A stretch of DNA of 64,000 bases from Octopus vulgaris. Taxonomy: Eukaryota. Position 1 is the first letter of the stretch; each line of letters begins with the position of its first letter. Of the stretch, positions 12,330 through 25,421 are shown one piece after another. The stretch is from assembly GCA_951406725.2 (NCBI GenBank), contig OX597815.1:90396001-90460000 (forward strand), read 5' to 3'. A program made the translations under genes and the position numbers. The notes beneath the pieces were generated by a model. The model was not told the origin of the DNA. It saw only the letters and a program-made list of their open reading frames with translations, and made no database searches.

Positions 12330-12900
12330 ATACTTTGCTGATCAAAATGCACTTCTAATCCTTTCTTGTATTCGCCATTCTTTTCTTTCTTGGACCAAAT
12401 TATTTTACCAAACCTTTTTCCTACCATCGGGCTGAGTCCCTCCGAGTAGCCTTCTTAATACCCTGAATTTTAGTCGGTAATTGCACTTGTCACTCTTTTA
12501 TCTGTGAACATGGCGACACGTACAACATCATGAAAATTGTACTTTCGTCACTGCAACGACGTCGTTTCCTCCACTACATTATCGAATCACCATATTTTTT
12601 GTATACTTTCGCGATGGTATTCCTTCCATGGATTATTTCATGGCCCTTTGTGTTGTAGTCGCAGTACTCTCTTCGTGCTGTAGCTGTTCTTCTGTTTTCG
12701 TAGTATCCCGCATATTACTTGCGTATAAGGCCGCAGGCCGGACAGAGCTAGAGAGGATTATGGCATATAGGGGCACGTTCACGTTTGCCTCGGGAACAAC
12801 TTTTCTTGAGTTTTAAATGCATTCCATTCTGCTTTTATACGCCTAGACTTTGCCAGCTTTCTCGTTTCTTAAATGGATAAAGCAAAAGTAGCCGCAATAT
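12330..12900 (-). mobile_element. Degenerate RTE-clade LINE fragment
   Basis: Translates SRRIKAEWNAF, SSVRPAALYASNMRDTTKTEEQ...TTQRAMK*SMEGI and RVAMFTDKRVTSAITD. These resemble RTE SRRIRAGWxAF, TVLPAMLYASETW...QRAMERSMLG and HVARxxDxRWT. Confidence 0.65.
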
Positions 12901-13372
12901 TATAAAGTAATATAAGGTCGATCTTTGTGAGGAATTAATAGTACGGAATACAAGGCGTGACTGGTTTGTAAACTTGATATCAGTATGATTAGGACAACGT
13001 GGATAAAATGTTCTACATTGTACAAATCATGTGGTGCTTACCATCATATTGCAGATAAAAAGTTTCAGAGAGATTGTTTCGCTTTTTTTAGGCACGCCTG
13101 GTAACCAAACCCTGACATACCATCTTATTTCTCGTAGTATGTGAAGTCTGTGGTGCTTCAAATCACATAATATGTTGTTTGATATTGAGATATCACAGTA
13201 GGCATCGGTATTCACGTAGAAATAGATCAGTGATGAAAAAGAAAAAAGATTATGTCATCAGGATCTCTAGAGTGAGAATTTCTAAGGATGCTAGAGAACA
13301 CCTGCGGACCATATCGGCTTTATTGGTGATGTGTGAACTCAAGCTTAGATTATCATACGTCTCGATATTCAC

Positions 13373-13495
13373 ATATATATATATATATATATATTACATA
13401 CATATGTATGTATGCGTATGTATATATATATATTATATATATACATGTATATATATATATAAATATTTATAAATATATATTATATATATATATAC

Positions 13496-13578
<83 letters not shown>
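13373..13578. repeat. (TA)n-rich microsatellite
   Basis: Read directly from sequence. Confidence 0.95.
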
Positions 13579-13581
<3 letters not shown>

Positions 13582-14157
13582 ATGTCTTTTATATTAAATA
13601 TATATTTCTATTTTGCTGCTATAAATGTGCTTGCGCACGCAGTCTTCTTTGAGCCACCCACCTCATGTTTACAGAAAATAATTTATCTAGAAATATCATA
13701 TTCACAAAAGTAAAATAAGTTAAACGAGTAAACAATATACGCAAAATATTAAAAGTAAAATGTATTATACACACACACACACACACACGCACACAAACGC
13801 ACAAATATAATTTTTTTCTTTTTTGGCGGAACGTAAAAATACGTTATAATACCATAGATAAGCAATTGAGATTAAATGCACATCAATAATATTTCTGAAT
13901 CATGTGTGAAATTTAGAGATAAATTTTACTTACAATTTCATCATGTTGTTTACAGCATTTTATGGATTCTGTATCTTGCTGGGTTACCAAATATATGGCG
14001 ATTTCTGTTTCCTTGTTCTTGTATTGGAAGTGGGTGCTCTATGTTTATTTCATTGTTTCATGGCAAAAATTCAACTATAAACATGGAACAGATACGTCAT
14101 ACAATTTTGTATTTTACGACTTCATATGCATACATACACCTATACACATACATACGC

Positions 14158-14192
<35 letters not shown>

Positions 14193-14235
14193 TATATGTG
14201 TGTATCTATCTATATACCAATATATGTATATATAT

Positions 14236-14292
<57 letters not shown>

Positions 14293-14378
14293 CATATATT
14301 GGTATATAGATAGATACACACATATATATATATAAATATATCTACAGAGAAAGAGAGAGAGAGAGAGAAAGAGAAATT

Positions 14379-14453
<75 letters not shown>

Positions 14454-14807
14454 TAATGTTACTTTGACACCCGTCAGCAATTTTGCAATTTAATGCAGAA
14501 TTTGCTACCAGCTTCTGATTGGTATTGATTTAAACAAAAAATCGAATCTTTGTAATACCACATATCTCTCCTTATTTTGCTTTTTCTCCCTCTCTCTCTC
14601 TCTTTCTCTTGCTCCCTCTCTCCCTCCCTCTCTCCTACTCTTTCTCATTCTCTTCCCCCTCTCTCTCTGTCTCTGTTTCATTTCCTTTTTTCTTAATATA
14701 TGTTTGTGTTTCTCCCAACACAGTTCCTTACTCCAGATCTCTGCAGGTATATAAATTTTCAGTCTATAAGAATTACTCAGTTATGTTATAAAGGGCATTT
14801 TTTATCT

Positions 14808-15260
14808 CCTCCGCTCAGTTGGCCATGTGAATCGAATATTGTGTAACTGGCTGCCATAATGGTCTTCTTCAACGATATCGAGACTGGAATTGTCCCCGTG
14901 GACGTCCAAACTTCGTTTCCATGGTCGTGTGAAGCGGTTCCTCATTTTATGCAGTGTCCCTACAAGTCAGTTGGAGCTTCTGGCTGTTAATCGGAAGGTA
15001 TGGTTGTCCGTGTGTGATGCCGGAACACATCACTTTCAAACAGAACCCAGGAGACTGCATAAACAGAAGAGGAGATGTTGTCATCAGCCCCTAGCAGCTT
15101 TTGTTCGGGGTCACTTTCAGTAAACTCAGTGTCACAGGATCTACTTATCTTGTACCGTCCTGTTCGCTGTGACCTTCCCCATGAGTAACACTGATCTGAA
15201 GGTGGAGGAAGATGAATGTCTTGGATTGACGTTGTCATCAAATTTTGATGCGCTATCATA
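14808..15260 (+). mobile_element. RTE-clade LINE 3' fragment
   Basis: Frameshifted translation LRSVGHVNRI...PRGRPKLRFHGRVKRFL...LELLAVNRKVW matches RTE LRWxGHVxR...GRPKxRxxD...LAxDRxxW. Confidence 0.7.
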
Positions 15261-15264
15261 AGTA

Positions 15265-15320
<56 letters not shown>

Positions 15321-15324
15321 CGGT

Positions 15325-17660
15325 ATTTATTTGACAAAATAAACTTCCACAAAGCGGACTGGGAAGCAATCAGAAAGAATCTGTCCTTCATCAACTAGTC
15401 CTTTACTCACAGTTCCACTCACATTGAGACCTCATGGCAGCACTTTGAGAACATTGTCACCTATACATGGTCAAAACACGCTCCTATGAAATCCTCTTAC
15501 ACAAACAGAAACCGGCACCCTAGAAAGAAAAACAACACTCATCAAGCACATCAAAAGACTCAATAAAAAATCAACCAATTAAAATAGTCCCACATACAAC
15601 ATCCACATTCAACAACAATGAAAAGGCTGGTGTCGGCAAAACTTCATCTGCAGAGCGACATGAAAACCTCTATTGAAAATCAAAGAGCTGCAGAGGAACA
15701 ATGAGTAATCAAAAACATCAAACACAACCCAAAAGTGTTCTATTCTTATGCAAATGAGCATAGAAGTGCTGTCTCACCCATTGGGCCGTTAATCGATGAT
15801 AACGGCATTCCCCAACACGATGCTAAAGAAATGGCAGAAATACTGCTGAAACAATACTGCTCTGTATTTAGTAATCCCACTCATATTGACGTAAGAGAAG
15901 CGAATGAAGCTGATTCCTAACATAAAATCTCGGACATAGCTTTCACTGCCTTAGACGTCATAGCAATAATAAAGGAGGTCAAATACTATTCTGCTGTAGG
16001 CCCTGATAGTGTTTTTGAATGGAAGTGGGGATGGCACCGACTCTGAAATTGATGTGGTCAGGCCAGTTGTTGTACAATCGATCTGGCTGTTGCAGTTGGT
16101 GCGCACTACATCATTATATTTTCGTTTTAGTGGATATGATCCGCGATTTTTTAAGTTTGGGATATTTCTTTATTCTTTGGTCTCTTTGGATGGAAGTTTT
16201 GTCTTACCTTATGCAGCTGTGGCACGATTTTGTGTGGTTATCTGTTGATTCCATGACAGCTAGTCTCCTGAAGGTGTGTAGACACTAACTAGCAGCCCCT
16301 CTGACCAACGCCTGGAAAAATTCTTTAAACTCAGGTTCTAACCCAGTCTGTCATCCCGGTTTTCAAGCAGGGAAACAGATCCCTCGCAGCCAATCTCGCC
16401 CAATCTCACTCACCTTCTACATCATTAAAGTGTTTGAAACAGTGGTAAGATCAAGGATAGCTGGCTTCCTGCAGATACACAAATTCCTATAGCAAATCAA
16501 CATGGCTTTCGATGTGGCAAGTACTGTCTAACACATGTCTTACACCACATTAAGGATATACTTAAATCCTTAGGAACAGGTTCGAACTCTGATGTCATAT
16601 ATCTTAAATTCAGTAAAGCGTTCAACAGGGTTGACCATAATATCTTACTCTCAAAATTGGCAAATGTTGGAATCCGTGTAAAACTTTTACACTGGATTGA
16701 GTATGTCCTGGAGAATAGAACACAACATTTTGTGGTCGATGGAGTCCACTCAAGCCCAGCAAAAGTCACCAGTGGTGTCCCTCAGGGGACAAAATGCAAC
16801 TAAACGAGGGAAAATTTGAGCTGATGCATTTTGGAAGAAAAACTATACTAAAGCAGCCATACTCTCTTCCGTCAGGGGAACTGCTCACAGCATCTAATAA
16901 TAACAGAGACCTAGGAGTAATTGTTGATAACAATCTCAGTTGGAGCGCCACGTCAACAATAAGGTTGATATAGCACGTAGGATGAGCGCCTGGTTCTTAA
17001 GAACAAGGTGTTATCATTCCACTTTTCTCCTCCTTTGTACGCTCACATCTCGAATACTGCTGCCCCCTGTGGTGTCCCCATACAAAACAAAACATCTCGA
17101 AAATGGAATCACCCCAGAGGGCACTCACGAAATGAATTAAGGTCATGACTGCTCTCGATTACTAGGACTGCCTTAAAGCCTTGAAACTCTACTCTCGCCA
17201 GCGCCGCCGCGAGCGGTACATCATTTGCACGATGTGGAGAATATACCGCCATCATTGCCTAAACGACCTGAACATTAGTTTCAAGGTTCATCCAAGGCTG
17301 GTAACACGGGCCATATGTCCCCTACCCAATTCAGGATCGCAATATATAGGTACACTAAGACACAATTTCTTTTCCTCAACAGGTCCTGGCCTTTTTAACA
17401 TTGTCTCAAAACTGATCAAAGAAGAAAAGGATCCCATCACCTTTAAACGGAGTCTGGATAAATTTCTTCAAGGAATACCAGATAAGCCACCTATACTTTG
17501 ATACAGGTCACTCTACAAGAACTCACTACTTGAATGGATCATAATACCACAAAACTTGACTTAAAATGGATTTAGATAATCCTGTCAGGTAGTCCTATTA
17601 GGTTAAACATGCCCAGGAACAATCTTTGGTCGAAACATATCTTAGCTTTATCTAAGTTTT
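15325..17660 (+). mobile_element. Degenerate CR1-like (Jockey group) LINE ORF2 remnant with 3' end
   Basis: Translates NPKVFYSYA...EMAEILLKQYCSVFS, SAVGPD, NQHGFR...DVIYLKFSKAFNRVDHNILLSKL...VTSGVPQG, MQLNEGKFELMHFG and LYSRQRRRERY. The YADD region is deleted and there are multiple stops and frameshifts. Confidence 0.88.
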
Positions 17661-18299
17661 TCATATATATATGCACACACACATTTACATATATATATAT
17701 ACTATACACTCACACACACGTACACGCGTACAAACACACACAAACTCACATACACACCGACAGATATACATACACAATATACACCTATCCGCGCACGCAC
17801 ACATACACACAAACACATACAAACGCACACATACACGCACATACATACACTCTCACACAAATGAACCCACATATACATCCCCCTACACACACACACGCAC
17901 GTACAAGCACACACGTACAAGCACACACGTACAAGCACACACGTACTAGGTTACGCCACACACCCACACTCTACGCATACACACACGAACACACACATGC
18001 ACACACACACACACACACTACAAACAACACACACACTATGATGTTTTTTGACCTGGCTTTGACCTAGCTTGACACAAACAGCTAGCAGTCATCACCACAG
18101 CTGGCTTTGTCATTACCTTTATTCACCAAAAATACACACACACACACACACGCACAAACACACTTGTCATCTTGCACATACACACACACACACAGGCATT
18201 CCCTTTTTTTGGAACTCTCTTGCATTATAAAACCATTTTTCAAGTACCTTCAAATTCTGTTCTTTCAACATGTGATCCCTTAAGCACCACCAGCTCAAA

Positions 18300-18488
18300 T
18301 ATTGTCTCCTCTGTCTTCCCTCCTTGGGATCTTTCCTTCTCCTTGTTTCCGACGAAGAGCTCCGCTCGAAACGTTAAACCCTCCTTCCCTTCTTTCCTGA
18401 GTTCCTGAGTGTCAATAATACTTTAATTGTTCCACGTCCTGCATTGCTGTGTTTTTTTCTCTTTTTTTCTGTGTTTCCTTGTTTGGAT

Positions 18489-18492
<4 letters not shown>
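18300..18492 (+). mobile_element. Penelope-like 3' terminal repeat with minimal HHR-like motif (18345-18379)
   Basis: gttt-CCGACGA-a-gagc(tcc)gctc-GAAA-cg-TT^aaac, with stem I gttt/aaac. It ends gtttggattaac plus (TA)n and is homologous to 9560-9746. Confidence 0.7.
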
Positions 18493-18544
<52 letters not shown>

Positions 18545-18595
18545 TATACACATATGTGTGTATATATATATGTATGTATACATATATATATATTT

Positions 18596-18867
18596 ATCAT
18601 TAATTAAAATCTTAGGGTAGCAAGAATATTCATCGAAAAACTCTTAGTTACCAGTTGTCTAGCGAGAAAGGAAAAATTAGTCAATAGACTATATATTATT
18701 CAAAGAAGAATACAGTGTACGTTCAAACACAAAAGAGATACCCGAAGAATAGGATATCTGACTCGCGAGAAAGAGCAATTAAAACTCCAAGCCACCAATT
18801 TGTCGCTTGGAGTCAGATATCCTATTCTTCGGGTATCTCTTTTGTGTTTGAACGTACACTGTATTCT

Positions 18868-18868
<1 letters not shown>
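18596..18868. repeat. Foldback element in (TA)n with perfect 59-bp inverted arms (18706-18764 / 18810-18868)
   Basis: aagaatacagtgtacgttcaaacacaaaagagatacccgaagaataggatatctgactc and its exact reverse complement. Confidence 0.85.
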
Positions 18869-18899
<31 letters not shown>

Positions 18900-18902
18900 A
18901 AT

Positions 18903-19310
18903 CCTTTAAAATGTTTTAGCCCGAAGGCCGCGGCCATGCTGGGGCACCACCACTGAATGAGCTACACTAGTTTGTGAATCCACCTCTGATACGTGGCACT
19001 TCATCAACAAGGGAGTTCGATGCTGCTTCCCGCATCCGCGTCTCCTGTCGTGAGGTAGGCTCATCTGGGACTCCCAACAAGAAGAGATCCAGTTTAGTTT
19101 TAAAGAAACCCACATCCACACCATGTAAGTCTCTCAGGCATTTAGGGAGCATGTTAAAGAGCTGTGGTCCTCTGAAACCCAAGCTGTTGCGGTATCTGGA
19201 CCTGTATTTTGATGGTGATGTTGGAATCCTTGGCACCACGCAGCGGCGCCCCGTTCTGCGGTTGGAGTAACTTTGAATGCCAAAGTTTGGGACAAGACCC
19301 TCCAGGATAT
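18903..19310 (-). mobile_element. CR1-like LINE 3' end, 5'-truncated, with open C-terminal frame
   Basis: ILEGLVPNFGIQ...RGPQLFNMLPKCLRDL...FKTKLDLFLLGVPDEP, then 3' UTR ggtggtgccccagcatggccgc...gctaaaac. Confidence 0.85.
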
Positions 19311-20473
19311 ATGTATATATATATATATATGTATGCATATGTATATATATATATATTGCACACACACACCTCCTATAAGCAGCCATAAGCAGCAGGAGCA
19401 GTGTGCATTTCGACGATCACGTGCATATGGACGGCTGACTACATTTCAACTGTTATCCACAGAAAATGTTGACAAAATTCCGTGGCAAAATGAAATAAAA
19501 AAGGAAAGCGTTCGTAATAAACAACGGAGAAATACATTTGCACCCGGAAAAACACACAAAATTTTGTGTGTGACGTGTAGAGGACATATTAAGTGTACCT
19601 GCTGGATGCACCACCACACAAGGCAAATTATTACTGGAACTGTGAAAAAAAGAGAGATAACACACAGGGTACTTCAAAAACAAACGCACGTGAGAGGCTT
19701 TTTTCTCCCCCCCCCTCTCTCTCTTTCTCTCTCCCTCTCCTCTTCCTTGCTCCACTGTTAGAAGGGAAAAAGAAAAAATAGAAAAATCAATTCTATTTTA
19801 TTTTATCTTCAAATGAATTTTAAGTTTCTTTTTTCCTATCCCTGTCTCTCCCTTTCCTTTTTTTCCCACTGTTAAAAGAAATAAAAAAAGAAGAAGGAAG
19901 AACAGAAACATCGCTCATATTTAACTTTAATTTCTAAATGACGAGAGAATTCAAAATCTTGAGTAATGTGATGCTGAGGAGATCAGAAGAAAGGTGAAAT
20001 GGTACAATCCAAGATGACTAGAAGATCTTATAAATGAATTATATGGAAATATGGAAATATTGTATGCTCTTTTCCTTCTTTTCACTCATTGAAACATATT
20101 TCACAATATAAGGAAAACAATAATACAAACCTCGAAGCGGTTCTCTCCCCTCAGTAGCATATTATACAAGCACACACATATATATACACACACTAGCACA
20201 CACACACACTCACACACACTCAAACACACACACACACACGCACTCATAAATACTCTCTCACACACACATATGTAACATATGGTATAATATTAAACAGGGC
20301 AAATTTCAACCCTATCTCTGCACACTGAAAAACAGCCTTAATAGATTTTCAAACCTTATTGACCTTATTCTGTTCTCATCAGAGGCGTCCACTCCATGTG
20401 TACATGTGTGTGTGTGTGTGCGTGCGTTTCTGTGTGTGCATGTGTGTGTACGCAATATATACATACATACATT

Positions 20474-20476
<3 letters not shown>

Positions 20477-20517
<41 letters not shown>

Positions 20518-20560
20518 GAGGCAGGCAGGCAGACAGACAGACAGACAGACAGATAGATAA

Positions 20561-20646
<86 letters not shown>

Positions 20647-20647
20647 G
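20477..20647. repeat. (CAGA)n/(TAGA)n microsatellite
   Basis: Read directly from sequence. Confidence 0.95.
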
Positions 20648-21559
20648 CATCGACATACACACTTCATACTACGCCTAGATCTTCTACCCTAGGATTTCAA
20701 ACTAAATATGTTTTACTGTCCTCCGGAGGCAAGACGGAATTTGACGTAACGACATTAATGCTTGCTCCTCAATTTTGGGTGCTTACATGTATTTGAGACA
20801 TGTGAAAACACCGCAACATGGACACATGATAGAACTGTATTCTTTTCTTTTATTATTCGTGTCAGATTAAATTTTCAAAATTCTGCTATTCTATCCCGGT
20901 TTATTCAATATCAGTGACGTAACTTGCGTCAAAGTTCTGTATACGGAAAGAATCTTCATTGTTTCATTTGAGTATTCACTCAAGGTAATGCACGGGAAGT
21001 ACTTCAAATATGTGTAGTTTGTCTTTTCTTTTTTAGGTTGTTTTGCATTGAACTCTTGACATCTACAACATAGGGTAACGGTTTTGAACATAATTTTTGT
21101 TGAGTTTACTTTTTCACTTGATTTAGACTAAAATTAGCAAGCGAATTTCAAAATTACCGCCAGTTTTCTTCTATCACTTTTCTTTTTCTTTCTGCAGCTT
21201 ACCCTCTGAATAAGAGCTATTATATTGCCAAACTTTTATTATTTTATTGACAATACTGGGGAATATTTGCGAAAATATTTTCGTTGTCTTGCTCTTCACA
21301 ACTAGTTCTACCTAATTTTACGGTACTGGGTTTAGAAACGCCCTTGGAAATTTTCTATCACATCAAGTTATTCGTTAAACAGGGAGTCATTTTTTTTTTT
21401 AATGTCAATTTTGCCATTAAAAGCAATACTGAAATAAGAAAGTAACACAAACCAAATAGTACGTTTAATTGTTTAACACATATATTACACACAATGTTTA
21501 GTTTAATAGAGTAAAATGTTTAATTACATATCTTAAGATAGATATTTCTGTCAAACTGG

Positions 21560-22737
21560 AGTCTCCGCTACTCTAGGAGGGACCTTTCGCTTTGCTGCTT
21601 TGCGTGAATAACTTGCATCACGGCAGTCTCTTTCCAGAGACCAGCAGTGGTCAACCATGATGTTAGTGTTCTACCTGCTGTGATACCTTGTCTCCATGGT
21701 GTCGATGTATTGGTGGAATCTTTGTCCTTGCTCATCATTATTGCACTATGTTTTTCAGAGAAGTAGTCCGGATGGCTGTGTACTTTTACACTTTTGTAGC
21801 CCAGCGCTCGAAAACTGATCAGCAGAGCCTGCACAAGTTCGTCATAATTTGAAGACCTCCTGCCACCCAGGAAATCAGACACAACTGTAGAAAAAAACAT
21901 TCCAAGCTTCTTTTTCAAGACCTGACATAGTCTCCAAAAACAGCGCGCCCTTCAATAGTCACATAATTTGTGGCCCACCAATCACTGCAAACATAATTTT
22001 CTCACAAGACAAAGCTGGTAACTTACTGTTTGGATATTTGAAACAGCCACTGTCTTAATCAAAACTGTCAGTCATAAATTAAGGTAATACAAATTTCTGA
22101 TTGCAAAGTTCTATAAAGAGCATACATACCACGAAGTTCTTTTACAGTTCTTTTAACATGTTGGAAAAATGCTTTTAATTGATCTCATTAAAACATTAAT
22201 GGCACATTTTATAAGAAATAGTTAAAGATTCGTCAAAACTTGTCCCACACTAAATCAAGCACAGCATGGGCGTAAATGCAGAGAGTTTTCTCGAATATGT
22301 AACATGTATGACTTCAAGGACCTCAGAAAGTATTGTTTATTACATTAAAATGTAATTGCATAAAGGACATTTCTGTCATCATTATCATCACATTTAAAAC
22401 TTGTTTCATCGAAAGTAATGGAAGTTGTTCGAGTTTTATTTATTGAAGATCCTTAAATCATGACTTGTGTTTTCACTTTTGTTAATGCATTTACTTTGAA
22501 TGTTATTGGAACCGTTGTTTTCGAAGTTAAGTCAGACTCCATGAATGGGTCTGCATTTGATGAACTCAAATCTATACTTAGAAATAGCGACAAACCGGAA
22601 TAACTGTGAAAATGGACATTTTAGTTTGTGAAAAATATTTGACGTGATAAAGTTGATTTCATTTTTTAAATCAGCGCACCAAAATTCCAAGGAATTATGT
22701 CTCCAACATCAGAGAACAAAAGCCATGCTTCCCAGTG
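21560..22737 (-). mobile_element. Degenerate Chapaev3-like (CMC) DNA transposon with transposase C-terminal remnant
   Basis: Frameshifted translation EKEAWN...VVSDFLGGRRSSNYDELV...LGYKSVKVHSHPDYF...DEQGQRFHQYIDTMETRY...MVDHCWSLERD resembles the Chapaev3 pattern HSHLDFFP...SDEQGERFHQDI...MADYCW. The terminus reads CACTGGG on minus at 22731-22737. Confidence 0.75.
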
Positions 22738-23157
22738 TAATGAACTTGTTTAGATCTGTGTATTTTATAAAGCATTGGTCTCGAAATTTCGATAGCTCTC
22801 CTGTTCTGAAAAGTAACTCCATCAGGCTCCACCTAGAGCTTCTTGGTGAAATGAATGAAGTGTTATACACCGAGAATCAGGTGTGAACGCTATCTCACTG
22901 GTGAGATATTTGTTTGGGTGATATTCTCCATTCTCATACATATATCAAAGTAGCTGAGTTAACTAACGTAGATTATACTAATTACTCATAATACTTCCTA
23001 TGAAAAACCTTAACAGATGCAATCATGATTTAAACTGATAAGAACGAAACGTTAATTCAGTTCTAAATTCAAATTTACTTCAGAAACAAAACACGTCTAG
23101 TAATACAGGTGCGGATGATTTTCTTGCTAACAAGTACATGTATAGTGCATTACGAAT

Positions 23158-23245
23158 AGGCATCGCCGTGTGGTTCAAAAATTCGCTTCGCAACCAAATC
23201 GTTCCGTGTTCAATCCTATTGTGCAGCACCTTAAGAAACTTTTCT
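23158..23245 (+). mobile_element. tRNA-derived SINE head fragment
   Basis: gccgtgtggttcaaaaattcgcttcgcaacc...gtgttcaatcct, similar to the SINE heads at 27680 (minus) and 52663. Confidence 0.5.
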
Positions 23246-23866
23246 GCATTACACTCAAACACAAACCGGTGCCTTCTGAGTGAATTTAGTAGAGAGGATT
23301 GTATGAGCCGAAAGTATCAATCAAATCTATATCCCCAACCAATTTATCTCGTTGCTCACACGTGAGCAACATCCATCTTTCTTTTCCTGACTTAATCATA
23401 TTTCTTTTCCTTCAGTATGTCGCATAGACCAGACGCATTCTTATCTATTTCCTCGCCTATCATTTGTCTCGTGAAAGACAATATTCCTCCACGATCGCTA
23501 CCTTACCTCGTCTGGCCTAACGGCCCTCCATGTTTGTTTTATGTTTCCACTGACCTGTTTTTGTTACCAACTTTGACACTCCTCAAAATCCCAAATTTTA
23601 TTTTGGTTCGCAGGAATCTTCATATTGTCGTGAATTGCTCGAGATGTAGAGTAGATGAACAGCCATCAACAGATGAAGAGCCGTTCTCTATATTACTTCT
23701 TTTGTTTTCCATTTGTTTCTTTCGTTGTTCGAATACCCATGTTTGCCTCGCATTTCCTGTTGTCTTCGAATTTCATCTTGTTTATGTTTTGTGACGTTCC
23801 GTACCCATATATGTATATATATGCATGTGCACAGACACACACAGACACACACATACATACACACAC

Positions 23867-23914
<48 letters not shown>

Positions 23915-23927
23915 ATATATATATATA

Positions 23928-23995
<68 letters not shown>

Positions 23996-24384
23996 TATAT
24001 GCATATATATATATATATATACCTATATAATAATAATATGAGGGAATATTATTCCTAACTTACAGGGGAAAATTCAATTTAGAAATACTAAATCAAATTT
24101 CACAAAACATGTGTATATTTTAGAAAAAATAAACACCTTTTATCAATTCAAAATGAAAAGTTAAATTACACCATCTAGAAAATTACATATAATAGAAAGA
24201 TTAAATATAAGATAAAAAACATAACGATGATTAAGTAATGTGCAAAATAATAAATCAAACGGTTTATTACATATTTATATATTTCCTCTCAAGTTACCCT
24301 TAAACACTTCTAAGTACAAACCTCTATATTGTGAGAGAATTTCTAATCTCATATATTCATATATATATATATATATATATATGC

Positions 24385-24453
<69 letters not shown>

Positions 24454-24458
24454 CACAT

Positions 24459-24510
<52 letters not shown>

Positions 24511-24588
24511 TTTATTTAAAGCAGCACAAAATTCAACAAAACCTGTTACTCTGAGTTTCCCGTTGCCGTTCATGTGTATGTATATATA

Positions 24589-24822
24589 TGGTTAGGGCAG
24601 CGGAGGATCGCGGTTTCGATTCCTAAACTGGGTATTGTCAGTGTTTATTGAGCGAAAACATCTAAAACGCCACGAGGCTCTGGCAGGAGGTGGTGGCCAA
24701 CCTTGGTGTACCCCTTCACCACAACTTTCTCTCACTCTTTCTTCCTGTTTCTGTTGTACTTGTATTTCAAAGGACAAGCCTTGTCGCACTCTGTGTCACG
24801 CTGTATCTTCCCAAGAACTACA
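24589..24822 (+). mobile_element. Truncated tRNA(Arg)-like SINE (same family as 45056)
   Basis: ggttagggcagcgg...gatcgcggtttcgattc...gtttattgagcgaaaaca matches 45074-45156. Confidence 0.75.
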
Positions 24823-24859
24823 TTTTCTTCGTTCAACTTTATATTCTTTTTTGTGCCCA

Positions 24860-25330
24860 GTGGGTTACTGTGCATAGGTCCGATTGAAGCATCGTTCGAT
24901 CATATTCCTTCATCATCCTAGCAGGGAACGTCTCCAGACCCACTGCTGAATTAGGTTTGATTTCTTTTTTTGCTTTTACGATATCAGTGGCGTCGATGGT
25001 TATGTTGGAAAGGACATGTTGAAGATTCAAACAAGTGGAGCTGCTTGAGTGAACTGAACCAGGATCACTGAAAACAGAACAGTATTGACTTTGCAGTACC
25101 TCAGCCATGCCTTTGACATGACTGTCAAATATGCCGTTTCCGTCAATCAGGGGGCCGATAAAGGAAAATATGTCCTACTTGATTTTTGCAAAGGAATAAA
25201 ATACCTTAGGATTATTCTTGATATTTTTAACAGCCCAGGCTTCCTCTGCAGCTCTTTGGTCGTGTATGAGGATTCGCATATAGTCGTGAAGTTGTTGCTT
25301 CTTTGATTCCAAAGGTTGTTAACGGTCTCG
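24860..25330 (-). mobile_element. CR1-like LINE ORF2 internal fragment
   Basis: NIKNNPKVFYSFA, MAEVLQSQYCSVFSDP and EIKPNSAVGLETFPA are homologous to 15715-16008. Confidence 0.75.
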
Positions 25331-25377
25331 ATTGAGAGTGATATGTGTACATCGTGGGTGTATGTGCGTGTGTGCGG

Positions 25378-25421
<44 letters not shown>

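Noticed and set aside
24030-24360. AT-rich segment between (TA)n tracts resembling a PLE terminus
   Set aside because: No intact hammerhead core or protein motif is visible.
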